Virus record (IMG/VR): IMGVR_UViG_3300030060_002738
Location: 1 to 64,000 of that record
DNA from: a virus
DNA: 64,000 nucleotides
Strand: one strand, 5' to 3'
The notes below the pieces were generated by a model. The model was not told the origin of the DNA. It made no database searches and saw nothing but the letters and a program-made list of their open reading frames with translations. Made by a program: the position numbers and the translations under genes. Within the stretch, counting starts at the first letter, position 1. Each line of letters starts with the position of its first letter. Shown in pieces: positions 45,688-55,469 of this stretch.

Positions 45688-48545
45688 AACCAAGCGTAGA
45701 TTTGAACAGGGCATTTGAGATTTTTATCAAAGAGGGGAATGCTGGCCTGAAGGAATACATGAAGCGGTTGAACGACCAATACTTAGATGAAGAGGGCAAT
45801 CCTACGACTCCTGACTCCAAAGTTGCAGAGCAACTGAATCCTGATGAGATGACATATGAAGCACTCATAGCAGAACTGAAGAGAAGGGGAATAGACAAGT
45901 ATGTTCCAAAGAAAAAGAAAGTCAAGAGAAAGGACTACAACCCTGATACTGGAAAATTGCAAGAGAAAGAAGTCGAGATAGAAGAGCCAGTACCTGCTAA
46001 GTTCAACAAGGAGGAGGCGATTGCTAGGCTCAAACAGGAGATAGGAGAAGCCCCTGCACCAAAGGAGAGAGTGACTGAGAAACTGAAACTCATAGATATG
46101 AAAGAGTTCCCTGATGATGTTCTCTATACCTACTTGAGAAAGAACTTCAACTCAGAATCAGAGAACAAGACTGCAATCATGCAGGGAGAGACCTTCCAAG
46201 GAAGGCTTCTAGTCAACCCTGATGGCACTCCTAGAAGTGGAGCGGAAATCAGAAACAAGGTAGAAGACGAGTTGAGAGACAAGTTCCCAATCATCTTCAG
46301 ACAAGACAGACCAAAGCAGTACATAGACGAACTAGTTCGATTGGGATTGAGAAGTTTCACTAGCAGAGTCGCTGAAGATGCTTCTGCTCTAACTAGGATG
46401 TCGTCTACTCAAATCATAGATGAGGCCAAGGAAGACAGCGACGTAAATGATATTCTAGGCATGTTCACTGAGAAGGGAAGGAAACTGAACTACAAGGTGT
46501 TTGAGTTATACTTCAGGCAGTTTGCCCCGAAGAGGGAAACGAGAAGGAACATCAAATGGAACAACTACGTCAACAGGACATACAGGTTAGGCTTCACTAG
46601 AGAGAAAGTCGATGAGGCCATAGACATCTTGGAGAACAAGATACCTGACTACTTCGTTCCGATTCTGTTTCCTTTCAAGGCAATGCTCGTAAGTCTGAAG
46701 GATAAGAAGGAAACAGGACAGGGACAATATAGAGTGTCAAGATTGAGAGCATCTCAGATTATCGGAAGAGTGGATACTAAACAGATAAAGAAGAGAGCGG
46801 AGATATACGGGTATTGGAAGGAGAAGTCAAAGGAGTTTGAGGAGTTCAAGACTGCTCACAATAATTTCATGGATGCTATGGACAAGTTGGATGGCGAGTA
46901 TTCACCTGAGTTGGAGTCCACTTTCAAGGAATTCAAGGCTATCAAGATTGACAATCTGAATTACATCCAACGACATGACAGGGTTGACTTTGAGGATATA
47001 GACAACATAGAGCAGAAGTCAGTCGCACTTCTTCGCAGTTTCCTGAGTGATATCAGACAGATGCCACCTAACAGGGTAATCTTCACTGATGAGGAAACAG
47101 GCAAGGATGATGTCAGTAGATACGGAGAGTTGGAAACCGACAACGAACTAATCGATGAGGAGAGTGAGTTGAGGGCTAAGATTAATTCCCTATCGAACAA
47201 GAAGGTAGACCCTCTTTACGCATACGCATTGAAGGAGGGATTCACAAACGAACTGTCTGCTGGTGCAGTTGCCTCCAAGCAACTTGGTGAAATAAAGAGA
47301 AGATTGAAGACTGGTCTAGTATTGATAGAGATGGAGAATCTCATACCTAGAATAGACTCCTTCATCAAAAACTTAGAGAAGATGGAATCAGGAAACCTGA
47401 AGGATTTGTTTCTTCCAGTGTCAGATGCTATTGAAGGATATGAGGGTAGCAAGAAGATAAATGATGATGTTGCAGAGTACCTGAGTCTGTTTGCTGAGTT
47501 TATTGAATATGGTGATGACTTCGATAGACGTTCAAAGGATGCATCATCAGTCGTTGGACAAGGAGAGAGAAAGGTAGGTGGCAAGACCGTCAGGGAAGCA
47601 GCCTCCCCTAGAGTAGCATTAGGTAGAAGAGGAAAAAGAAAGACGCATCTAACTGAATTCAAGGAGTTGGATATCGCTACTAAGTTCAACAGCCTACTAG
47701 AGCAGATAGTCAACTTCTTCATCGAGCCGAGTAGAAGCAAGTACAAACCAACTGATGAAGCACTCCCCTACATCAAGAAGGTTGGTAGTCGTAAGATTGA
47801 GAACATCGTAAGAGAACCCAAGGCTGGTGACAGTCCATTCATACATCTCCTTAGAATGGAGAGCGATGATTGGAGACTATCGATGTCCGATTTGAAAAAC
47901 ATATCCAAGTTCATGCAACTTCTAACTTCGCTCAATGTCGGGTCAAAGCAGAAGGAACTAGTGAGCGAGACATTTGACTTGGCTGATATGATAGACGATT
48001 TGTTTGAGGGAGAAATGACAGAGATGGTCAATGTGGAATTTGGGAATTTCTTGAGTGGTCTCTTTGAGGATGCTAATCTAGGTGATGTGAAGTTCGGACT
48101 AGGAGGCAAGAAGAAAGATACGAAGGAGTGGGCAGAGGACTACAAGGCATCTAAACTGTATCCGTTTGAGTCCATCTTCAATCACTTGGTTATGAACAAG
48201 GAGAAGTATAAGGAAATGCAGGGAGCAACCCAACTCATCGATAGGATTCTAACAGCAGAGAATGACCTGAACATAACCAAGTCTGCTGAACAGCGACTCG
48301 TATTGAAGGCACATGATGAGATTAGAAAGATGATGGGCAAACCAACTTACTATGGTCTTTCCAAAGTCGAAGATTACAATGCAGTATCAGAGGCGATTAA
48401 CATAATGAATAGCAAATACAATGTTGATATTACTGCAATGGATGTAGAGAATATTGTCAAGGAGTTTGATTCGATGACTAGCATCGGAACAAAGTACGGC
48501 ATTCCACAAGAGGGGGTCTATTTCCTCAAAGCGAACTTCAGGTGA
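45654..48545 (+). CDS. Large hypothetical (probable virion) protein
   Basis: About 950 aa, charged; ITKS/VLKA sites near the C-terminus. Confidence 0.7.
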   Translation: MDSDTIRGERVKPSVDLNRAFEIFIKEGNAGLKEYMKRLNDQYLDEEGNPTTPDSKVAEQLNPDEMTYEALIAELKRRGIDKYVPKKKKVKRKDYNPDTGKLQEKEVEIEEPVPAKFNKEEAIARLKQEIGEAPAPKERVTEKLKLIDMKEFPDDVLYTYLRKNFNSESENKTAIMQGETFQGRLLVNPDGTPRSGAEIRNKVEDELRDKFPIIFRQDRPKQYIDELVRLGLRSFTSRVAEDASALTRMSSTQIIDEAKEDSDVNDILGMFTEKGRKLNYKVFELYFRQFAPKRETRRNIKWNNYVNRTYRLGFTREKVDEAIDILENKIPDYFVPILFPFKAMLVSLKDKKETGQGQYRVSRLRASQIIGRVDTKQIKKRAEIYGYWKEKSKEFEEFKTAHNNFMDAMDKLDGEYSPELESTFKEFKAIKIDNLNYIQRHDRVDFEDIDNIEQKSVALLRSFLSDIRQMPPNRVIFTDEETGKDDVSRYGELETDNELIDEESELRAKINSLSNKKVDPLYAYALKEGFTNELSAGAVASKQLGEIKRRLKTGLVLIEMENLIPRIDSFIKNLEKMESGNLKDLFLPVSDAIEGYEGSKKINDDVAEYLSLFAEFIEYGDDFDRRSKDASSVVGQGERKVGGKTVREAASPRVALGRRGKRKTHLTEFKELDIATKFNSLLEQIVNFFIEPSRSKYKPTDEALPYIKKVGSRKIENIVREPKAGDSPFIHLLRMESDDWRLSMSDLKNISKFMQLLTSLNVGSKQKELVSETFDLADMIDDLFEGEMTEMVNVEFGNFLSGLFEDANLGDVKFGLGGKKKDTKEWAEDYKASKLYPFESIFNHLVMNKEKYKEMQGATQLIDRILTAENDLNITKSAEQRLVLKAHDEIRKMMGKPTYYGLSKVEDYNAVSEAINIMNSKYNVDITAMDVENIVKEFDSMTSIGTKYGIPQEGVYFLKANFR

Positions 48546-48549
48546 GGAA

Positions 48550-49035
48550 ATGGCAGACATACAAATCAAGGAAGTTTCTGAAGCAGAAGCAATCCGCATG
48601 TGGAACAGGGATAACCCCGATGACCCATTCTCAAGACAAGCACCTTCATGGTATGACATACGCAATTGGATAGTGAGAACCAATGATGGAGAAGTAGTCG
48701 CAATAGCAGGTTATACTGACATGGGAGACTATGCCATACTTGGAGGCATGAAGGCTAGGAGTAAAGACAAACCAAAAGGCGGAGGAAACTGGAAGGCTTT
48801 GTTGAACTATCGAAAGAACATACTTGGCAACAAGCCGAAGATAGCAGGGTTTCGTGCAACGAAGATGCCACAGGCAAAATGGACTGCTATGAATGAGAGG
48901 GCAGGTTATCAGCGAAAGGACATGATGGGCATCCCACAGGAACTCACTGACAAGTTCACTGAACGCTATGGAGATGATTGGGGCATAATGAAGAACACAT
49001 CATGGTTCTTCCCAATGATGAGGGGGCTAATTTAG
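48550..49035 (+). CDS. Second GNAT-like protein
   Basis: VVAIAGYTDMGDYAILGG and PKIAG parallel VVAHTSFADMGNWYFIG and PKIAI of 40351. Confidence 0.5.
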   Translation: MADIQIKEVSEAEAIRMWNRDNPDDPFSRQAPSWYDIRNWIVRTNDGEVVAIAGYTDMGDYAILGGMKARSKDKPKGGGNWKALLNYRKNILGNKPKIAGFRATKMPQAKWTAMNERAGYQRKDMMGIPQELTDKFTERYGDDWGIMKNTSWFFPMMRGLI

Positions 49036-50471
49036 TGCCTGAAATAGACAACTTAGATTTTGTATCTAGTATGGATATGGAGTTATCTAGAAACTCATTC
49101 CCATATTTCTTTCAGAACGTATTGGGTATGATGTATCCTGAATATATGAAAGAGTGGCTAGAGTCTATGGAGAAGACAGACAGGACAGTTATCGTTTGTA
49201 GCAGAGACCACGGAAAGTCCGTCTTCATGCATTGTTGGGTTGTATGGAATCTAGTATTCCAAGAGCCTCCCTTTCAGATGCTATACATATCATCGAACCA
49301 AAAGCAGACACTTGTTCACATGAGGGAGATTGACAGATACTTCAATCTACCAGCGTTGAAACAATTCAAGCCTAGTCGTGGATGGGCAATTGGGAACATT
49401 CAACTTACCAACGGCAATGCGATTCTAGAGCGTTCCGTTGGTTCTCAGATTCGTGGTCTTCACCCACAGGAGATTATTATTGACGACCCCCTGAAGGAGT
49501 TCAGTCTCGCTGGTATTCAGAGAGTAACAGACTGGTTCTTCGGTGACATGATTCCGACTTTGCATCACACTTCCAAACTCAGGATGATTGGAACCCCGTT
49601 TACCTACACTGATATTTTTGCACAATTGGAAGAGAACGAGGCATATACTGTCACGAAATATCCATGTCTCAATGCATTGAATGAACCCCTTTGGGCTGAA
49701 CGTTGGGACTTCGATGCACTCATGCAGAGGAAGGCAGAGATAGGTTCTCTGAAGTTCACAAGAGAGTATCTGTGTGTTCCAATCTCCACCGGAACTGCTC
49801 TCTTCAATCCTGAGTTTATCGAGAAGTGTAAGAACAAGGACTACATTTTGAAACTAGGTAATAGAAAAGACAAGGGCTACAAATACTATGTTGGTGTTGA
49901 CCCTGCTATCTCAACTGATGGTGACTACAACGTAATCACGGTTTTAGAGGTGGATGAGAATAAGAACAAGGCAATCGTTCATGTTGATAGAGCGAAGAAC
50001 ATACAGTTCAGAGAGAACATAGAGAAGATACGTTTGATTGGTAAGGTGTTTGAGCCGGAGGAGATTCTGTTTGAGACCAACACCTTCGCAAAGGCATTCA
50101 CACAGGAACTCAAGAATATGACAGATTTGAATGTCAGAGACTTCAACACAACGAGAAAGAAGAAACAGGAGATAATTCTAAATCTTCAGATGAATATAGA
50201 GAATCAGAAGATAATTATGCCGTATGGTGATAATGCGAGTAGAAGGTTGACTGGTGCTTTGATTGAGGAACTGTCGATGTTCTCAATCACTACCAGTGGT
50301 AGGTTTGAGGGTGTCGGCGCACATGACGATTTAGTGATGAGTTTAGCATTGGCAAATGCTGCTGCACAGGGAACAGGAGAACAGTTCGTTTTACTTGATG
50401 ACTTGGACATCTTTGATGAACCTACCACTACTCGGCGTAGTGTGTCAGGCGTGATGGGTATCAATTTCTGA
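48978..50471 (+). CDS. terL: Terminase large subunit
   Basis: SRDHGKS, IRGLHP..IIIDD, IGTP, GVDPA, HDDLVMS. The likely start is GTG 49035 or later. Confidence 0.92.
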   Translation: MGHNEEHIMVLPNDEGANLVPEIDNLDFVSSMDMELSRNSFPYFFQNVLGMMYPEYMKEWLESMEKTDRTVIVCSRDHGKSVFMHCWVVWNLVFQEPPFQMLYISSNQKQTLVHMREIDRYFNLPALKQFKPSRGWAIGNIQLTNGNAILERSVGSQIRGLHPQEIIIDDPLKEFSLAGIQRVTDWFFGDMIPTLHHTSKLRMIGTPFTYTDIFAQLEENEAYTVTKYPCLNALNEPLWAERWDFDALMQRKAEIGSLKFTREYLCVPISTGTALFNPEFIEKCKNKDYILKLGNRKDKGYKYYVGVDPAISTDGDYNVITVLEVDENKNKAIVHVDRAKNIQFRENIEKIRLIGKVFEPEEILFETNTFAKAFTQELKNMTDLNVRDFNTTRKKKQEIILNLQMNIENQKIIMPYGDNASRRLTGALIEELSMFSITTSGRFEGVGAHDDLVMSLALANAAAQGTGEQFVLLDDLDIFDEPTTTRRSVSGVMGINF

Positions 50472-50480
50472 GGTGACGAT

Positions 50481-51848
50481 ATGAGCGAAAAAGGAGACAA
50501 ACTCAGGGAACAGGCGGCACTTTCTGAAGAAGCAGCAGAACTCGCTGACCGAGAAGAAGAAGTCCAAGGGAGACAGCAGACTCTTACTGCTGAACTTGAG
50601 GTAACAAAGTATCAATGGTTAGAGGAGCAACCAATCAGCAGTCACTTTGAGATAGAAAAGAAATTCGCAGAGGAACACAACATCGGACTCTCGGAGGCTC
50701 GTAAAGCCATAAGAAACGACTTGAAGAAATATGAGATAGAGGGGAAGGACATCCCACTTATGATTAAGGAACTCAAGATGTATCGAAGAACTCTGAAGGG
50801 AGACCCGAAAGTAGCAGTGACGAAATCCATAGACAATCTCATCAACGCATACTCATCACATTTGGATGAGAGCATCAACAAAATATACTGGATTAGAAAA
50901 TACAAACCCGCTCTGAAGGACATGACATTATCAGAGGAGAATATTATCAAACTCTCATTGATTCACGATGAGACAACACGCAGGGAAATTATAGATTCCC
51001 TGTGTAAGTATTGGGAGTGCAGATTGGATATTGACGGCATGGCCTATGGTCAGGAGTTTGCTAAGTTGTCAAAGGAGATGACTAGCAGCAAGAGAGCAGT
51101 CAATAGCAAAATAAGAAAATACATTGTAAACATAGGGCCGAAGGAACTCATCAAGAGGCACATAGTAAAACTAGTCAGTGAAGAACAGGGAATCTCTGCA
51201 AGACAGGTACATGAGAGACTACCTGAGAATCTATTCAAGAAATCTTCTCCTTCTATGATTTCAAAGATGGCACGTTCTGCAAACGTAACGATAGTCGATG
51301 GTGCATTATACAAGATGAGTGATGACATCAAGAAAGACATCTATGCTTACACTGCTGCATTCATTGATTCGGATGGATACATTACAATGGACAAGAATCA
51401 CAACCCAAGAGTAGGATTAGTTGCAACGGGAGAAAGAGGAAAGGCATTCATGTTGGAGATGCATAAGTCTCTTGGATGTGGCAGACTACACTTAGACCAA
51501 AAATCACCACAGGATACCAAACCAATAAACAGATTAAACTTCTACTCTCGTAATGATGTCTCTGAAATACTAAGCAAGTGTATGCCCTTCTTCAAACTCA
51601 AGAAGAAGAACGCAGAAATATTGGTGGAACTGCTTCGCATGAAGAAGAGTCACAAGAAAGCAACTTGGTATAATGCTCGTAAGGAAGAACTGTTCAAACT
51701 TATGAAGTACGAGAATCACAAAGATGACAAGAACTACGATTTTGGCAAGTATAACATTGACATAGATACTGTTGCTAAATACTATGAGAATGACAAGACA
51801 ACCGAGATGGATAAGTTAGAGGCCATCATTAAGAACGAGGTAGAATAA
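50481..51848 (+). CDS. Multidomain protein with C-terminal LAGLIDADG endonuclease domain
   Basis: YTAAFIDSDGYI motif, preceded by a helical and wHTH-like region. Confidence 0.75.
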   Translation: MSEKGDKLREQAALSEEAAELADREEEVQGRQQTLTAELEVTKYQWLEEQPISSHFEIEKKFAEEHNIGLSEARKAIRNDLKKYEIEGKDIPLMIKELKMYRRTLKGDPKVAVTKSIDNLINAYSSHLDESINKIYWIRKYKPALKDMTLSEENIIKLSLIHDETTRREIIDSLCKYWECRLDIDGMAYGQEFAKLSKEMTSSKRAVNSKIRKYIVNIGPKELIKRHIVKLVSEEQGISARQVHERLPENLFKKSSPSMISKMARSANVTIVDGALYKMSDDIKKDIYAYTAAFIDSDGYITMDKNHNPRVGLVATGERGKAFMLEMHKSLGCGRLHLDQKSPQDTKPINRLNFYSRNDVSEILSKCMPFFKLKKKNAEILVELLRMKKSHKKATWYNARKEELFKLMKYENHKDDKNYDFGKYNIDIDTVAKYYENDKTTEMDKLEAIIKNEVE

Positions 51849-51849
51849 A

Positions 51850-53484
51850 ATGGTAGAAGAAAAAAGACCCACCTTGTTTCAGCGTTTAACCCGCAGAACA
51901 ACCCCGAAGCCCCAAGACAGAACGATATACAATCCGGGTATACAAGAGAAGGACACATCCTATCTGATAACCGCCCCAATAATCTATCATGTCACATATC
52001 AATCTGTGATTGCTAGAACTTGTATCACCCAATTAAAGAATGAGATATTCAGAAGAGGATATACTTGGGAGGAGAAGTTTACCGCTAAATGTGGTGATTG
52101 TGGAAAGGAACACAAGCGAGCAGTAACAGAGTGTGTGGAATGTGAAAGTACAAATCTCATAAAACCTGATAGAGAACAACTAAAGTACATACAGAAATTA
52201 CTGGATGGCTATGTGAACAAAGGCGAGCAGATGTTCGTTGATGTTCTGAAAGAAATGGAAGACGACCTGAACATCATGGATGATGCATACATGGTCATGG
52301 TCAAGGAATACTTCGTTGATGGAAACGGAGATATCCGTATGCATCGAATCAAAGAGGTCTATCGTGGAGACCCTGTTAGTATGCACATATACGCTGATGA
52401 GAATGGTGAAAGAGGACATGAAGGATTCACCTGTCTAAATCATCGAAACTTCATCAGCAAGTCGATGACTGATTCATGCGAGATATGTGGTTCTGAGTTG
52501 CATCCTGTGCATTATGTCAACAGGGCAAATGGAAAGGAGCAGTATTTCATTGATGGAGAGGTTCTACATTTCAGCAAGTATGCACCATCGAGACTCTACG
52601 GCCAGTCTCCGATAATGACTCTATGGAATCACATCACCACGCTCATCGCTATGGAGAACTACGTCAACTCGTCATACACCAAGGCTAGAATGCCAAGGGG
52701 AATACTAGCAGTTCAAACTAGAAACATGGAATCAATGAAGTCCTTTTGGCGTGGTGTCAAAGAGAAGATGGAGCAAGACCCGCACTTCATTCCAGTAATG
52801 GGTATAGAGGGTGATGGAAAATCAGGAGCAGTCGAATGGGTCAAGTTCATGGACAGTCTCAAAGAGATGGACTACATACAAGTCAAGGAAGACTTGAGAG
52901 ATAGAATCGCTGCCTTCTATGGAGTTAGTAAAATCTTCATGGCAGATAACTCTGCCAGTGGCGGTCTCAACAACGAGGGTATGCAGATACTTGTAACCAA
53001 CAGAGCAGTTGAGATGGCACAGACGATTTGGAACGAGTATGTTTTCCCCTTTATGACGAAGGAGTTTGGGATAACGGATTGGCAGTTGAAACTACCGCCT
53101 TCTGAAGAAGAGGATGAGATTGCCAAACTACGAAAGAGAGAAATTGAAGTTAACGTAGCAGCATCAATCAAGAATCTAGGCTTTGAAGTTGACATGGATG
53201 ACGAGGGAAGATTCACTTTCAAGAAGCCTGAACCAAAGCCTGAGCAACAAGGGCCGAAAAAAGAGGGAGAGGAGAAAGTAGAAACTGACCCATACGCAGG
53301 AACAGATATCGATGCAAGTCAATTAGGTCAGTTGCAAGAACAGCAATTGATGGGAGGTCAAGGTGGTGGAGAGACTAGAAACAAACCATCTATGGAGACT
53401 GGCCCTGATAAGAGATTCACAGGATTACCTAGAGAAGCAGGTAATGAGAATGTTGATTCACGGACAGAGAGGAGAGTAGGTTGA
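51850..53484 (+). CDS. Portal protein with Zn-ribbon insertions
   Basis: Lies after TerL; EVLHF...LYGQSPI, P.GIL, IAAFYGV; extra CxxC clusters. Confidence 0.85.
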   Translation: MVEEKRPTLFQRLTRRTTPKPQDRTIYNPGIQEKDTSYLITAPIIYHVTYQSVIARTCITQLKNEIFRRGYTWEEKFTAKCGDCGKEHKRAVTECVECESTNLIKPDREQLKYIQKLLDGYVNKGEQMFVDVLKEMEDDLNIMDDAYMVMVKEYFVDGNGDIRMHRIKEVYRGDPVSMHIYADENGERGHEGFTCLNHRNFISKSMTDSCEICGSELHPVHYVNRANGKEQYFIDGEVLHFSKYAPSRLYGQSPIMTLWNHITTLIAMENYVNSSYTKARMPRGILAVQTRNMESMKSFWRGVKEKMEQDPHFIPVMGIEGDGKSGAVEWVKFMDSLKEMDYIQVKEDLRDRIAAFYGVSKIFMADNSASGGLNNEGMQILVTNRAVEMAQTIWNEYVFPFMTKEFGITDWQLKLPPSEEEDEIAKLRKREIEVNVAASIKNLGFEVDMDDEGRFTFKKPEPKPEQQGPKKEGEEKVETDPYAGTDIDASQLGQLQEQQLMGGQGGGETRNKPSMETGPDKRFTGLPREAGNENVDSRTERRVG

Positions 53485-53581
53485 GCGACATACTTGAGTT
53501 TGTCAGGAAGTGGAAAGAAGAGATAGACAGACTCAATGCAGAAACAGATGAGAGACTAAAGAAATACTTGGAGGGAGAGAA

Positions 53582-54382
53582 GTGAGTTGGTTTGACGCTA
53601 TCAAGGAAGAATCAAAGTTCACTCCTGAGAATCTATCCGAAGAGAAGAGAAGACTGTTTGAGTCTGAGCCATCCTTTGAGGTAGACTTCCCTGATTATGA
53701 GCATCCTGATAATGAAGAGGAACTGCCAAAAGTCATCGCCATGATGAAGAATAATGGTATTGACGAGGATGAGATGGAGGACTTAGACCAAAACAATATC
53801 GAGATGATGTTGGAGATTGTCGGTGAGGAGAAGGAAGACAGGGAGGATTTGATTGAAGATATTGATATTCACACAATCAAACTCAAAGTCAAGTATGGCA
53901 GACCAAGACCATACGAAATATCAGATGAGATAGAATCCACAACTGATACGGATGACAGTCCATCTTTTCCAAGCGGTCATGCGATGGAGGCTTATGCTTT
54001 AGCGAAGATTCTAGGAAAACAGTATCCTGATAAGGAAGAGGAGTTGATGAAACTTGCCGGAAAGATATCACTATCTAGAGTAAGAATGGGAAATCATTAT
54101 CCAAGTGACATAGAGGTTGGGAAGAAAGCAGGACTTCTAATTGCTGATGCGTATCTATCTGAGTCAAAGATTGAGAAGTGGCAAGATATCCTGCACAAGA
54201 AAAGGAAAAGCAAGTCCAAGGTAAATCAGGCAGGAAACTACACAAAGCCCGGTATGAGAAAGAGGATGTTTCAGAGAATCAAAGCGGGTAGCAAAGGTGG
54301 CCCTGCTGGTAAGTGGTCAGCGAGGAAGGCACAGTTGCTTGCTCAAAGATACAAGAAAGCAGGTGGTGGTTATCGTGGCTGA
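53582..54382 (+). CDS. PAP2-superfamily phosphatase fused to a basic C-terminal domain
   Basis: K..YGRPRP, SFPSGH, SR...GNHYPSD; C-terminal NYTKP...GKWSARKAQLLA..YKKAGGGY. Confidence 0.8.
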   Translation: MSWFDAIKEESKFTPENLSEEKRRLFESEPSFEVDFPDYEHPDNEEELPKVIAMMKNNGIDEDEMEDLDQNNIEMMLEIVGEEKEDREDLIEDIDIHTIKLKVKYGRPRPYEISDEIESTTDTDDSPSFPSGHAMEAYALAKILGKQYPDKEEELMKLAGKISLSRVRMGNHYPSDIEVGKKAGLLIADAYLSESKIEKWQDILHKKRKSKSKVNQAGNYTKPGMRKRMFQRIKAGSKGGPAGKWSARKAQLLAQRYKKAGGGYRG

Positions 54383-54647
54383 TTGGTTTGATTTTCTAAA
54401 GGCCAAGTCAAAGTCTCAGAGGTCTCTGTCAACTTGGACAGATGAGGAGTGGGGGAGTCAAGAACAGCATCGTGCAAAAGAGAAGGGAAAAAAAGCACCT
54501 TCCAAAACCAAAGGAAGATACATGCCAAAGGCCACATACAAAAGAACCCCAAAGAAGACATTGGACTATCAAGACAGAAAGAAAAGGAAGGGTCGTAAGA
54601 AAGGAAAGCAACATGTCCCAACAGGAAGGAAGTTCTCTCAGAAGTGA
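54375..54647 (+). CDS. Basic protein (DUF5872-like second half) with WxxFLK leader
   Basis: GTG start MADWFDFLKA; QRSL..WT.EEW...GRYMPK...KQHV. Confidence 0.6.
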   Translation: MADWFDFLKAKSKSQRSLSTWTDEEWGSQEQHRAKEKGKKAPSKTKGRYMPKATYKRTPKKTLDYQDRKKRKGRKKGKQHVPTGRKFSQK

Positions 54648-55060
54648 TTATCATGCCAATTCGTAAAGTCAAAGGAGGATACAAGTGGGGCAAGAAGGGC
54701 AAGGTCTATCGAAGTCGTAAAGGTGCTGAGAGACAAGCAGCCGCCGCTTATGCTTCAGGCTACAAGAAGTCAATGAATTGGTTTGATACTCTAAAGAGAG
54801 ACAAGAAAGACATGAGAGTTGGTACTGTTTATCCTTCAGATAGAGAAGGTAAGAAAATTATGATGCTAACCCATGAAGGAAAGAAGATTCATGCTGGTGC
54901 TAAAGGCTACGGTAATTACAAGAGAAAGGGTAAGAATCGTGGAGGTGGAACACACAAAGACCCTGCTAGGAGAAAGAATTTCAGAGCAAGGCATAACTGT
55001 GACCAATGTAAAGGTAGAATTACTACCCCTAAGTGCCTAGCATGTAAAAAACTGTGGTGA
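54644..55060 (+). CDS. Basic two-domain protein with internal MNWFDTLK
   Basis: GGYKWG.KGK domain plus HKD..RR.NFRARH domain (DUF5754-like). Confidence 0.6.
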   Translation: MIIMPIRKVKGGYKWGKKGKVYRSRKGAERQAAAAYASGYKKSMNWFDTLKRDKKDMRVGTVYPSDREGKKIMMLTHEGKKIHAGAKGYGNYKRKGKNRGGGTHKDPARRKNFRARHNCDQCKGRITTPKCLACKKLW

Positions 55061-55065
55061 GAGAG

Positions 55066-55242
55066 ATGAATTGGAAAGAGACATTGAAGAAACAAACAGA
55101 GAACGAACCTAAAATGGTTGACCCTGCTCAACAAGAGGAGATGGACAAGGCACTTGTTGGAGGTCAGAAGGAACTCGACAAAGACAAGGATGGAGACATT
55201 GATGCTAAAGATTTCAAACAACTAAGGGAGGAAAGGAAATGA
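55066..55242 (+). CDS. Small EF-hand-loop protein with WxxTLK leader
   Basis: MNWKETLKK; LDKDKDGDIDAKDF. Confidence 0.6.
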   Translation: MNWKETLKKQTENEPKMVDPAQQEEMDKALVGGQKELDKDKDGDIDAKDFKQLREERK

Positions 55243-55469
55243 CAGAGAAAAAGAAAGGAGTAAGAGAATTGGAAAGAGAACTAGCAGAAGCAAGAGCAGA
55301 GCAATACGCTCACCACAGTAGAAGTGTGACAAAGAACAGGGACTTCTCTGTTGGGGGTGTTGACCCTAATGCTGTGAAGAAGGAGAGACCTGATACAGCA
55401 GATGTTCCTGATGCAATCCTACTACCTAAGAAAAAGAGGTCAAGAACACCGAACAACCCTTGGGGATGA
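55239..55469 (+). CDS. Hypothetical protein
   Basis: ATGA-coupled. Confidence 0.6.
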   Translation: MTEKKKGVRELERELAEARAEQYAHHSRSVTKNRDFSVGGVDPNAVKKERPDTADVPDAILLPKKKRSRTPNNPWG

